Origin: Paraspadella gotoi
Taxonomy: Eukaryota; Animalia; Chaetognatha
Direction: 5' to 3'
DNA length: 64,000 bases
Assembly (NCBI GenBank): GCA_051294375.1
Contig: CM119270.1
Coordinates: 21,505,532 to 21,569,531 of the forward strand
The translations under genes and the position numbers were made by a program. Below, piece by piece: positions 1 through 13,468 of this stretch. Numbering within the stretch: position 1 is the first letter of the stretch; each line of letters begins with the position of its first letter. The notes below the pieces were generated by a model. That model worked only from the letters and a program-made list of their open reading frames with translations, ran no database searches and was not told the DNA's origin.

Positions 1-2470
1 GAACGACGACGACGATAATGATGACGAAGACAGCGATGACGACGATGAGAAAGACGACGACTGTGAAGATATTTCTTTGGTCTTCACGCTGACAGACGAG
101 CGTCGAAATCGTCGCCAGTTATGAAATGTTTTAACCTTTAGAAGTCTCGCCAAAATTATATGAAGAAAAAGTAGCGTTTTTTAACATTAAACTTTATTAC
201 AACAATATAATCTTTTTTGGAAACTTGTAAAAACGTAGTTTCCAGCGGGCGATTCGATTTGATGAGAGTTCAAGCGAAAATTAAATGTGGCTTCCATTTT
301 TTCTTTCGAAAAACGGGGCTGTGACCACAAGAAACCTGACCATAAAAAGTAAGAGTCTGAATTTTACCAAACAATTAAACGTGGGAAAAAGAGAGTCGGA
401 CCGAAAAATCTTTGACAACGAAAACTATGACGACTACAACGACGACGACGGCGACGACGACAACGACGACGACGACGACGACGACTACAACGACGGACAA
501 TCGCGAATTCGTCAAAATGAGGAAAAGAAACGAGTTAAAATGAAAGGTGATCCTTGTTGTTGTTGTTGTTGTTTGTTAAAACTGAAACGGGGAGATAGGA
601 AAAGTCGATAGGAAAAGNNNNNNNNNNACAACTGATATAAAAATATTTATTCGGCTATAATTTTTTTTGATATAAACAAAAAACAAAACTACTAGTGTTT
701 AAAAAAATAAAAGTTAGAGATCTACCAAATTGTTTTCAAACATGTCAGCTACTTTTTTGACATCCTTTATAAATTATGTATTTTTTATTTGCGAATTTAT
801 AAATTTATAAATCATCGTTAAAATTCCGAAACAAAATCCTTAAACTATTTTACGAATTAAGTTAACAAAAAACTTCGAAGTGAATTTAACAATAATTGAT
901 ATTCTGTAAAAAAAAAAAAACTTTTTATAAAAGATTACAGACAAAAGTATCTTGAAATGATACAAAAATAAGATATGATGACATAAACATTAAACAACAT
1001 TTAAAATCTTGAGGAATATGAAAACCTTTTTCAACGATGAATTTGATGACATCCATAATCCATACGTCCTTATGTCCGTCATCCGTACGCCCTTATGTCC
1101 GTGCATCCGCGCATCCTTACGATCTCAGATCCTCAAACGCGTGTCGATTATGATTATCTAATTGAAAACCTTTTCACCTTTTATCTACCGCGATAAAAAC
1201 NNNNNNNNNNNNNNNNNNNNNNNNNNNNNNNNNNNNNNNNNNNNNNNNNNNNNNNNNNNNNNNNNNNNNNNNNNNNNNNNNNNNNNNNNNNNNNNNNNNN
1301 NNNNNNNNNNNNNNNNNNNNNNNNNNNNNNNNNNNNNNNNNNNNNNNNNNNNNNNNNNNNNNNNNNNNNNNNNNNNNNNNNNNCTCCCAAATGCTCCGCA
1401 CGTGCGTCTCTCGTGCCTCAGCCATTTTCGGGGATGCTGTCGTCGTGGTCGTCGTCTTTCTCTTTGTGGTTGAATTCTTCGTTATCGTCTTTTACCTCTT
1501 CAGGGTCGTGGTTGTCCTTGTCGTTGTTGTCTTTCTCTTTTTCATTTTCTTTGTCATCATTGTTCTCTTCATCGTCATCATCTTTGTCGTAATTTTCCTC
1601 TTTTTTGTTGTTTTCTTTCGTTGTCTTCAGTCGTCGTCGTTTCCCTACCTTCTTTTTCTGTTTGTATTTATAATTGTTTATTCTTGTTTTAATTTTCTTG
1701 GTCATCGTTATAAACGTCGTTGTCGTTTTCATTCTTCGTTATNNNNNNNNNNNNNNNNNNNNNNNNNNNNNNNNNNNNNNNNNNNNNNNNNNNNNNNNNN
1801 NNNNNNNNNNNNNNNNNNNNNNNNNNNNNNNNNNNNNNNNNNNNNNNNNNNNNNNNNNNNNNNNNNNNNNNNNNNNNNNNNNNNNNNNNNNNNNNNNNNN
1901 NNNNNNNNNNNNNNNNNNNNNNNNNNNNNNNNNNNNNNNNNNNNNNNNNNNNNNNNNNNNNNNNNNNNNNNNNNNNNNNNNNNNNNNNNNNNNNNNNNNN
2001 NNNNNNNNNNNNNNNNNNNNNNNNNNAATCACGTGATCGACTTTAAATGACGCTCGTCCATCACGCGCATTCTCCTCATCACGTGACTCTAAAGTCTCCA
2101 GGACGTTTGATTCGTCTCGTGAGAGTTATTTCGATTCACAATTTGAAATCACACGTTTGACTTCACAAAAATGCAGCACATATCCTTGAAATGCCGACGT
2201 CTCGACGAGGCAAGCAAGCTTGATTAACGTTAATTACTTCATGTTGATACTAAATAAAAAAATTATTATTATTATTTATATTTATATAGAAACTCACGAT
2301 GCAATTAATTAAGAAATCGTGAAGTCGCGATGTCAACCATTGTAAATAGCGTCGTTGTGACGTTTTCACGTGAAGTCACGACTGTTGAGTATTTGAGGAC
2401 GACGACGACGCACATATCCCTGTTCCTATCTCCTCTTTCTCTCTTCCCTTGTCCTATTTCTTCTTTCTTT

Positions 2471-2554
2471 TTCCTATCGACTTTTCCTATCTCCCCGTTT
2501 CAGTTTTAACAACAAACAACAACAACAACACAAGGATCACCTTTCATTTTAACT
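2471..2554 (-). repeat. Inverted duplicate of ~533-616
   Basis: Reverse complement of AGTTAAAATGAAAGGTGATCC...GGAGATAGGAAAAGTCGATAGGAAAA; both copies abut N gaps. Confidence 0.85.
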
Positions 2555-3582
2555 NNNNNNNNNNNNNNNNNNNNNNNNNNNNNNNNNNNNNNNNNNNNNN
2601 NNNNNNNNNNNNNNNNNNNNNNNNNNNNNNNNNNNNNNNNNNNNNNNNNNNNNNNNNNNNNNNNNNNNNNNNNNNNNNNNNNNNNNNNNNNNNNNNNNNN
2701 NNNNNNNNNNNNNNNNNNNNNNNNNNNNNNNNNNNNNNNNNNNNNNNNNNNNNNNNNNNNNNNNNNNNNNNNNNNNNNNNNNNNNNNNNNNNNNNNNNNN
2801 NNNNNNNNNNNNNNNNNNNNNNNNNNNNNNNNNNNNNNNNNNNNNNNNNNNNNNNNNNNNNNNNNNNNNNNNNNNNNNNNNNNNNNNNNNNNNNNNNNNN
2901 NNNNNNNNNNNNNNNNNNNNNNNNNNNNNNNNNNNNNNNNNNNNNNNNNNNNNNNNNNNNNNNNNNNNNNNNNNNNNNNNNNNNNNNNNNNNNNNNNNNN
3001 NNNNNNNNNNNNNNNNNNNNNNNNNNNNNNNNNNNNNNNNNNNNNNNNNNNNNNACCAAAGATAAGAGAAAGCGAAAGTTAATATGAAGAGGAGATAGTA
3101 AGAGAAGATAGTAATAGGAGATAGTAAGAGGGAATGATGGGTGTTTATGGATAAATAAATAAATGAATAAATAAATAAATAAATAAATTTATGGAGAAGA
3201 ACAATTTTGAAAAAATGATAGCGTGATGGGGAAAGAAAAAATTTGAGAAAACAATAGCGTGATGGGGAAAGAACAATTTTTAGAGTTTTTTCAAAATTCA
3301 ATTTTGATTTTAATATTCAATCTAAATATATTCTTAAATTTATAAATCAATAAATCACCTTAACATAATTTAGTAATAAGGAAGAAAAAGTAATCTTTGA
3401 AAGTGGAAGATTGAGGTTTAAGATGAGACAAAAAAAGATTAAGAGATATTAGTTGTTTAGGATATTTAAAAGAAAATAAGAAAATGTTGTTCTTCTCTTT
3501 TACGCTGAATTCAAAATGGGCGAAGGAAGAAGAAAATAATTAAAAATCATGAGCGATTAATTAAAGCCTCATCCAGAGAGAG

Positions 3583-3653
<71 letters not shown>

Positions 3654-4697
3654 GAAAGAAAGAAAGAAAGAACGAAAGAGACAATAAAAAACAAAAGCCT
3701 TGGGCGCTTAGATAAACATTTGCATCTCATTTGCATATTTGCGTCGAATCGCGACGAACAATTAGTCTGACGAGACGCGCTGAAGATTCGCTGAGGGAGA
3801 ATCAGATTTGTTGCGGGTGGAATAATTGGGTTAATGAAGCGTGGGGGATAGTTATTATAAATATATGGTCATGAAGGCAATTTAGTATTATTGTCCAACG
3901 TCAGGCGCATGGCTTGCTAATTATTAAATGAATAGATAATATAATATTTATAATTTAATATTGGCTGTACTAATTTCATAAATGGGATGATGAGTAAAGG
4001 TTTAAAAGTATAAAAAAAGTTTTAAAATATTCAACTTGCATTAGAATAAAGAAAAGTTCGTCATATTGACGGAACAAAGTTTAATAAATGCATTTCTGTA
4101 AATGCATGTCTTTTATGATTTTTCTGGCAGCCTATTTGTTTGTCCATTTTCGCAAAGCCTTTTTTGCAATTAAAAAAAAGTTGAACTTAGTGAACTTATT
4201 TTGAACACATTTTTTTACTAAATTAAAATTTAAAACAAAATGTTTTGTTTTCCGTTTTTTTTTAAAGAGTGCAATGTTTAAGTTTCTGGCCATTAACAAA
4301 AATTCATATTCATCCTTGCTATTTAATATTAAATTAAATTCTTTTCCTGCATATTAAGACGTTGTCATGATATGAAATATTTTGCTGTGTTTGCTCTTTC
4401 TGCGACTTGTTATTCGATTGTTCAGACTTGTCTCCCATTTTTTTTTTGCAACTTGACATTTCTTATCTTTCACATCAACTCTTATCGAACATGACTTTTT
4501 TTTGAAAGAGCGCCGTCACACTCGGGTCTTTTAAAAAAGAAAAGTCGATAAAGAGTCGTTAAAATATTAATAATTCATTCTGTAGTTTTTATTGGGATTT
4601 TAGATAAAAGATCATTAATTTAGAGACAAAATTCATATATTATGAAAGAAATGTGAAAAGTGGAGAAATGCATTTTCTTAAAAAAATGATATATTCT

Positions 4698-4840
4698 TAT
4701 GAAATTGGTACAACCAATATAAAAATTATCCATTCATTTAATAAATATGCTATCTTGCCCCTGACTTTGGACAGGCTTTGGTGGTTTAAGGCCTCCATCA
4801 CTCTTACACGATAATGACATAGCAGGTCCCTGTAAGCTTT
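4698..4840 (+). mobile_element. ~140-bp interspersed repeat, family A
   Basis: TATGAAATTGGTAC...CAGGCTTTGGTGGTTTAAGGCCTCCATCACTCTTAC...AGCAGGTCCCTG recurs at 24777, 32623, 19250 (-) and, split, at 55503/56179 (-). Confidence 0.8.
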
Positions 4841-6229
4841 CGACGAAGACTCTCACAATCTCGTTTATTCAATCCCAGACTTAAAACTTCTGTTGAATTT
4901 TATTAACTATGTAATTTGTAATCGAAATTAGTACAAGATATTATCGAACGCAAAAAAACTCTTTCTCGATGAAAATTTAATCTATTCGATTTCGTTGTTG
5001 CTTCATTTTATAATTTAACTAAACAAGAAATTGCCTTCCGATGTCTTTTGTCCACATTTTTTAAGTGAAGAAAAAAAGTATTCGCTCCAACCTCCTCCTC
5101 CTCCTCCTCCTCCTCCTCCTCATGTCAGCTGATCCTCTGCCCGCCGGAGTCGGCGCGGCTGAGCCGAGTTCGCCAAAGGGAAGAGGAGCGATTCCGGCGT
5201 AATCCTATGGGAGGCGAAACTAATGAAATGAAAGGCCGAGTGGCGGACGCTCGAAACATTCGAATTCCCTTATTTTTTTTGGTGAAATTTCATGAAATTA
5301 AGTCTTGTTTTTGTTTTATTGCGCAAAATTATGTTTTGGTTTTTTCATCCTCGTATGTAATTGCGTTGTTTCGTGTTTATTTAGTTGTCAAGCTATGCGT
5401 CAAATATTGGGATAAGGTTTTTTTTTCTTCAAAATTGGCTTGGAAACCTTTTTCTGAATTTCAAACCGAATGGGTTCTTGGAAAACGAATACATTAACAA
5501 CAAAGATGTTCTCTGTCTATTATAGACATAATTTTTAAAATCCTTTAAATTGTGTTATATTATAACTAATAATGAAAACAATTTCGAGGCCTTGCCTATT
5601 GTATAACTTTCCTGTTTTCGTCTTCTACAATTTTCTATTATTAGTTTTTAATCGATAAAAATTTGCTGGGGATTTTTAGTTATCTACTTATGATTGAGTT
5701 TGTTTCTTCAACTCAATTTCCAATTCGATTCTGGGGTCGAGATTTCTCTCCGATGAATTTGTTCATGGAAATCAAAACCTCGCAACAACGACGAAGTAGA
5801 TTTAATTAAGTTGACTCCTCCCAGGACAACCTCCACGTTAACAACCAGTTTCAACTTTCTATCGATGCAATGTATTCTTGGAATAACGTTTAATATCTCG
5901 CCATGTTGTTGCACATCTTTCCATTTCAATTGATTTGAAGGAGAAGATTAAGAAATTATGCCCTCTCACGAGGTTTTTGTCCGTCCCTCGGTCCATATCC
6001 CTGTCCGTTACGCTTGTAGGCTGGATCTCGGATCTTCCCAGCCACAATGGGTCTGGCTGCGTTGGCAGACAATCAAATCCGAGATCGAGTCTACACCCTC
6101 TCCTAGTTCGCCCAGTGGGTCCCGAAGATATTTTCCTTTAATTTCATTTTATTCCGGAAACTTCAGATCCGGTTGGAGGGTCTGCGGGCTGCCGGTAAGC
6201 GTTGACCGACGCGTCACTGTTTACTAAAC

Positions 6230-6312
6230 TAAGGACTGTTACGGTCGGGGCAAGAACCCGGGATCTTTGAGTTTAAGGCTAAGAGGTCCGTCAACTACGC
6301 TATTACGGAGAG
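6230..6312 (-). mobile_element. tRNA-derived SINE-like head
   Basis: Minus strand TAGCGTAGTTGACGG (A-box-like) ... CCCGGGTTCTTGCCCCG (B-box-like) at tRNA-like spacing. Confidence 0.4.
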
Positions 6313-6414
6313 GTGCCGAATTCAGTTTTCTCGGTAGTGTTAATGTGGCACTTCACTTCCAAATTATACACTTATCTTACCTTTAACGTAAAGCGTTCGC
6401 TCATTTCCATATCC

Positions 6415-6501
<87 letters not shown>

Positions 6502-7009
6502 TCTCCCCCAAATTTTTTAAGGTAACCAATTGTCAAAACCGGTGATTAAAAAAAAAAAAAAAAAAACTGTCAAAAATAATTTGTAATCAAAATCTAAAAG
6601 TGTTTCAGGTGCGCGGTCTATTTTGTTTTAATTAACTAAATGTAAATAATTAATCTCAATTTTATCGATCTATATAAACATTAATGATTCCATCCTTTTG
6701 ATAATTTTTAATTTTTACTCATATTTAAACATTTTTGTTTTTTCAGATGGTTGACTACAAATTTTGCGTTGACGACGAAAAAAGTTAACAACAAAGTATT
6801 TTAAAGGTAAATTAAAACAATTTTAATTTAGGAATAAAAAAACAAAACAAAAAACGAATTAAACTTGCCAATAATATGATATAAAATCAAGAAAATAATC
6901 ATAATTATCAAAAAATAAAAAAAGGCGGTCGAGACGAAATTTTATAACACTTCCTTTCTTCCTCCCCCAATTTAAGTCGTTATTAATTTCCATTCCTGGA
7001 CTCTCTCTC

Positions 7010-7062
<53 letters not shown>

Positions 7063-7108
7063 CTCTCAGCCTCTCTCTCAGCCGAACCCCGACACCGAGT
7101 ATCCAGTG

Positions 7109-7306
7109 ATGCATAACACGCAGACAGATCATCCTCTTCCTCCTCTTAATCATCATCATCATCATCATCCTCATCTTCATCCCAAGCAACCGGATTCGCC
7201 CTTGGATCAAACGAAGGCGGAACTCAACAGAAATGATTCCAAGAACAACAACAACAGTTCGACCAATGGCGTCGCTCAGTCAGCCAAAGAATTAAAGAGT
7301 AACACG
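7109..7306 (+). CDS. Candidate first coding exon of Ph-like gene (poly-His, poly-Asn)
   Basis: [20 protein letters not shown]...KSNT|gtaggc. CT-rich acceptor just upstream. Phase 0 matches the 7636-7731 exon. Confidence 0.55.
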
Positions 7307-8417
7307 GTAGGCGTGGTTTTGTTGTGGTTGTTGTCCTTTTTTTACTTAGTTTTTTAACATTAGATTATATTAATTTTTTTTTTGTAATTAAGATCTAATT
7401 TGTGTTGAAAAGATTTTTCTCTACGTATTGATTAGTTCGAATAACAAAACTATTTTTAAACTTATATGTACTTTTAAATCTTTGTTTCTACATTTAAATT
7501 AAAACAGTTTTTGTTTTTATTTATTTTTTCAGGTTAATTTTTATTCATTTCGTTATTTTTTTTATTTCTTTAAATTTTATTATTTTTCTTTCGATTAATC
7601 ATATTTATTAATTTAATTTTCTCCACTACCACCAGGCGTCACCTTCAACAATGGCGGCGACTTCGATTCGCACCGAAAAATCTGCTTTTGACGCCGTCAA
7701 TTCTTCCGGCGTCAACGCTACTCACCCTCAGGTAAGGCTGCGTTAAGCCTTCAGGGAAGTAAGGGGACTGACTGACTGACTGACTGACTTAAAAAACAAA
7801 AAAATTTTTTTATAAATAATAAAAACGATAATACCAACCATAAACGAACAGTAACGACAGTAACTGAAAAAGACATCATTTTTTGAGAAATACCACAAAC
7901 AATATTAACAGAGCCAGTAAAAAAATCAAAAACATCGCTAAATAAATAAAGGTGACATTAAAGATAAAAAACAAAAGAAATATTTATAAAATGTTATGAA
8001 CTAATTCATAAAATACTATAAAACAAAAGTTCATAAACTTTAAAACACTAAAACCAAAAACAATAAAATTTTAAACAAAATATACCCAAAAACGAAAGAA
8101 AAAATGTTTATGCTAATACAATACTAACATAACAAGTTTGAGCAAACAATGTCGGATCTGCCTACAATAATTAATAATTAATTAATTAATTAATATTAAT
8201 TAATAATTAATTAATTAATTATAATAGAATTAATAATTAATTAATTTTTAATAATTAATTATAATTTATATTCAGCTTGTCATCATCGATGTCCTTAAAA
8301 ATTGAGTCAGGACAGTTATTAAATGTTTTGTTTACATTTTATCAAAACAAACAAATATCCTCTTTTATTTTATGTCTCCCTTCTCTCTCTCACTCTCTCT
8401 CTCTCCTCTCACTCTCT

Positions 8418-8457
<40 letters not shown>

Positions 8458-11400
8458 CTCTCTCTCTCTCCCTTTTTATGCAATTGCGACGATCCTTATG
8501 CTTTTAAGATTTTTTTAACTTGCATCATTTTTTCAACTTTGCATCATTTTTTCAACTTGCATTCCGTCAAAACTTTATATCTAGCTTCTTCACTCACTTT
8601 CCTACCGGCTCACAAAATTTCATCTCAATCTATCATGGGTTAAAATAAATAAAAAGATTCAAGTAAATGTGACTCATATTTTTTTCATTTAAACTCCACC
8701 GAAACTTTATATTCAAGCTTGGTCACACATTTTCCTACCCACACACAAAATTTTAACTCAATCTATCCATCCAATTATGATTAATTGCGACTTATGTTTT
8801 TTCCATTTAAACTAATTTCCACTCACACGATTCCATCAAAACTTTCTATCCAGCTTTATCACACACTTTCCTACCCACAACAAAATTTAATTCAAATCCA
8901 ACCAGCCAATCACGAGTTATTGGAGCTTTTTGCTAAGGTGGAACGGATGGACTGATTATTGACTAATAATTAATTATTGATTAAATTATTTACTAATTGA
9001 TTAATTAACTGATTAATTATTTGATTTATTAATACATCCTGCATTTAATATAAAAGGAAAAAGAAGCATAATCAATTAGTAAAACAGGTTTTTTGTTTTT
9101 TCCATTTAAACTCATTTCCATTCAAACTATTCCATCGAAACTTGATTTCCTGTTCAATCACACACTTTCCTACCCACATACAAAATTCCAGGTCAATCAG
9201 CCCATCCACTCATGAGCAATTGGTGTCAAATAGTGAATATATTTTTTTGTTTTTTCCATTTAAACTCATTTCCACTCCGACGATTCCATCGAAACTTCAT
9301 ATCCAGCTCAATCAAACACTTATCTTCCACACACAAAATTTCATTCAAATCCATCCATCCAATCACGAGTAATTGGTGTTTTTTGCTAAGGTGGGACGAC
9401 GGACGGGACGGACAGACAGACAGACGACGGTCATCATTTTTTTTGCATAATTTATCATAATTCGATGTTCTGACATGATATAAGTTAGTGCCCGACAATA
9501 TTGAGGGGGCTGACCGACGGACCGACAAAGTGAATTATAGAGTCGGGTCTGCTGATAAGCAGATCCGACTAAAAAATAATAACAAATCAAAAAAAAAAAA
9601 AAAAAAAAAATAATTAGCAGATTAAAATTAAGTAAAGTAATGATTACAGAAAGATGAAAAGTTGATTCTTTTGTTTTAGAAATGAACACTCAATAATCAA
9701 AAAAATATTTATTCTATCACAAAATCACTTAATGATCAATGAATCTCTTAGACAACATTACAACGTTAATAAAAGTCGTTAAACTAAAAACTAGGCTTCA
9801 TATATCAACAGAATATAAACTCAAAAAAATTTGAAATATTTGTGGCAATATGTAAATGAGATTGAAGAACTCCGTCGCGCTCACTCTCTTCAGCTTCCCA
9901 TCGGCGCCGCCGTCGCCGCCGCCACCGCCGCCGGTCGCGCCTCCCACAATCTCGGCGCTCTTCATCTTCAAAACGGCGCCGGTTCGCCGACGACGGCGCC
10001 GAGAATTAACGGCGCCGCCAAGCCGCCTTACTCCGGCGTCGCCTCGCCCGCCGCGCCGCCAAAGTTCAAACTCAGTTCCATCGGCGTCCTTGCTGCCGCG
10101 GGTGCCGGAAAGACGCTGCAGGCGGCTGCCGCCGCTGCTGCCGCCGCGGCGAAGCAGAGAAACGACGCCAGGGTGGCGAAAAGCGGCACGGGGGGAAACA
10201 ACGCCTCGGGGGACGGCGTAAGGTTGAAGAACGGACACGGCGCCGCTGGGGGTTTGGCGGGAAATGGCGCCGCTGCAGGGTTGGCGGGACATGGCGCCGC
10301 TGCAGGGCTGGCGGAGCAGCGGCTGCTGTATCAACAGTTCCAAGCTGCGTTGAAACAAGGACAACAGTTGATGCAGGGTCATCATCAGGTAAGGTCGAGA
10401 ATGATTGTGGGCTAAATATAAAATTTAATTCGATATATATTTAAATAGTAATGAATTTAGAAATATTTCGTTCTATTCTTTCTCTTTTTATCATTTTCTT
10501 TTCAACTTTTCTACCCTCTCCCATATTCACCTTCTTCCTTATATTCTCCTTTCCTTCTTCCCCTTTTCTACTTCCTTCCTCCCTATATTCTTCTTTTCTC
10601 CCCAATCTCCCTCCCCCNNNNNNNNNNNNNNNNNNNNNNNNNNNNNNNNNNNNNNNNNNNNNNNNNNNNNNNNNNNNAACAGGACTTCCGTCCTCTCGAA
10701 GCTACCGACTTCCCCTCCTCCTCTTTCCTCCCCCTCTCCTTCCTCCTCCCACGATACCTCTCCGCCGGCCAAACCTTTTCATTCGCCGCCAAAGCCGCCG
10801 CTTCAAAATGGCCGTGCGCCGCGCCAGCGGTTCCGCCGGCGCCGCCACCGGCGTCGTTAATTCAACAGCCGGATGTAAAACGACGACGGCGAAGCGCGCG
10901 AAGGCGTTGCCGACGGCGTTAACATCTTCGGGGGCGTTCTCGGCCGCGGCGTCTTCAGCGCCATCTTCCATCACGGCGGCGACACAATATATGACGCAGG
11001 CTTCTCTCCCTTCGACCGCGGCGTCGTCGTCATCACAGGTAAAAAAAAGAGCAAAAGATAATAATAAAAATCAGTTTTAAATATTGTCATCCATCTGGGT
11101 TTAGTTTACTAGATTATTTACAAATTACGGAAGTTTTATTTACACTGACTTCTTTTGTTTCGATTTTTCTCTTGTCAATCTTTCGCGTTTCTATTCCTTT
11201 TTGCTTTTTTCGACGACTTCTTTGATCTCTCTCTCTCTCTCNNNNNNNNNNNNNNNNNNNNNNNNNNNNNNNNNNNNNNNNNNNNNNNNNNNNNNNNNNN
11301 NNNNNNNNNNNNNNNNNNNNNNNNNNNNNNNNNNNNNNNNNNNNNNNNNNNNNNNNNNNNNNNNNNNNNNNNNNNNNNNNNNNNNNNNNNNNNNNNNNNN

Positions 11401-13431
11401 NNNNNNNNNNNNNNNNNNNNNNNNNNNNNNNNNNNNNNNNNNNNNNNNNNNNNNNNNNNNNNNNNNNNTACCGACTCACCCTATCCGCCCGACGCCGCCG
11501 CCGACCCGAGATACGCCGCCGCCGCCGTCGCCGCTCTCAACGAGTATCATCTCTCGGCGCTGCTTAACGGCGCCGGATTATTTCCGGCGTCGGTCGGACT
11601 CTCGGCGGCGCATTTGCGACAGATCGCTGCGGCGTCGGTTGCGTCGGCGGGCGGGGAATGCGGCGAGGCTGAGTCGGCAGCGGCGGCGGATGTTGATGTT
11701 GATCCGCTGTCGGCGCTGAAGGTGGGACTGATTAAACTGTCAATGCACAATCAGCCCATCTCTTTAGTTGTCTCGTCTGTAATTCTGTTTAAAATCAGCT
11801 GTCAGTAATATTATATAACAATTTAACATTTAAATGGTTGACAACGACGACAATGTAAAATCGTTTATTATCTGTCGAGTGATTCTGTCAACTATTTTGT
11901 CAATAGTCATCTGTCATCTGTCAATTATTTTGCATGCCTAATTTGTAAACTAAATGTTTCTGTTGGAGTTATCCCATTATTAATTTTATGCTATTTTAAA
12001 AACAAATTGTCAAAAATATTTCGTTATAAAATTTAAAATATTAATGAATTTAAATATATCATTGCCGAAAGAACAATTTTAAGTTTTAGAAAAAATTATA
12101 AATATAATCGTATTATTTTTTTCTTTATTGTATTTCTAATTTCTATAATCTCTATGTTAAATTAACGAAATCTAATATTATTTATCTATAATTGGGATGG
12201 GGATGATAAATGTTGTTTTCCGGAAAATATGNNNNNNNNNNNNNNNNNNNNNNNNNNNNNNNNNNNNNNNNNNNNNNNNNNNNNNNNNNNNNNNNNNNNN
12301 NNNNNNNNNNNNNNNNNNNNNNNNNNNNNNNNNNNNNNNNNNNNNNNNNNNNNNNNNNNNNNNNNNNNNNNNNNNNNNNNNNNNNNNNNNNNNNNNNNNN
12401 NNNNNNNNNNNNNNNNNNNNNNNNNNNNNNNNNNNNNNNNNNNNNNNNNNNNNNNNNNNNNNNNNNNNNNNNNNNNNNNNNNNNNNNNNNNNNNNNNNNN
12501 NNNNNNNNNNNNNNNNNNNNNNNNNNNNNNNNNNNNNNNNNNNNNNNNNNNNNNNNNNNNNNNNNNNNNNNNNNNNNNNNNNNNNNNNNNNNNNNNNNNN
12601 NNNNNNNNNNNNNNNNNNNNNNNNNNNNNNNNNNNNNNNNNNNNNNNNNNNNNNNNNNNNNNNNNNNNNNNNNNNNNNNNNNNNNNNNNNNNNNNNNNNN
12701 NNNNNNNNNNNNNNNNNNNNTCTTGTCTTTTTTCAGGCGCGTCACCGACAAAACCCGCAACGCCACCAACCAACCGTCGCCGCAGCCCTCGCCGCCCTTC
12801 AACAACAGCAGCAACTGCAGCAACAACAACAGCTACAGCAACAACAACAAATACAGCAGCACCTGCAGCAACACGGAACCATTCCACCCGGTTACGTGGC
12901 GTTAACGATGCCGGGCGACGCCGCCACGCAATTCGCGTTGGGCGTGACGTCGCCGGCGTTGGCTTCGACGCCGCTTCCGATGGCGTTCTCTGTCTCGGCG
13001 CCTTTGACGCCGGCAAATTTGGCGGCGTCACCCGGCGCTTCTCTTCATTTTCCGGCGACGAGTCAAAACGGCGCCGCCTCTAAACCCGTGGCGCCGACCA
13101 CAATGACGGCGCCCACATCGACGCCGCCCACATCGACACCACTCACATCGACGCCGCCCACAATGACTCCGTGCTCAATTACGCCCCCTGTATCGTCGCC
13201 GCTAGATTCCACGGCGTCGCCTGTAGGACACGGCGTTCACGGAGGACTCCCTCACACGGCGCCCAAAAGAGAAACCGGGGTCGTGGCTAAAGCAAAGGGC
13301 GCCGCCGGAGCCCAACAGCAGCAACATCAAAATCAGCAGTCGAATTCGCTACAGCAAAAATCGCTAAAACTCACTAAATCGCAAGGACAAAGATCGAAAC
13401 AACAGCTGCAGCAACTACAACAGAAAAAGTT

Positions 13432-13468
<37 letters not shown>

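Noticed and set aside
533-2554. Inverted pair 533-616 / 2471-2554 as transposon TIRs
   Set aside because: Both copies abut scaffold gaps, so a redundant, misoriented contig end is more likely.
285-3301. Asp/Glu/Lys-rich and X-containing ORFs
   Set aside because: They come from (GAC)n/(GTT)n microsatellites and N gaps; there is no domain or exon chain.
5700-5960. Possible decayed LINE 3' end (..YSWNNV..LKEKIKK)
   Set aside because: Only a faint motif resemblance, interrupted by a stop; not supportable without a search.
6415-7080. (GA)n tracts as GAGA-factor Polycomb response elements
   Set aside because: GA/CT microsatellites are abundant across the whole window, so there is no specific signal.
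10683-11038. Programmed frameshift or pseudogenisation in the Ph-like exon
   Set aside because: The plausible frame switches near 10812, but the exon lies next to a gap in an indel-prone assembly. Sequencing error is the simpler explanation.
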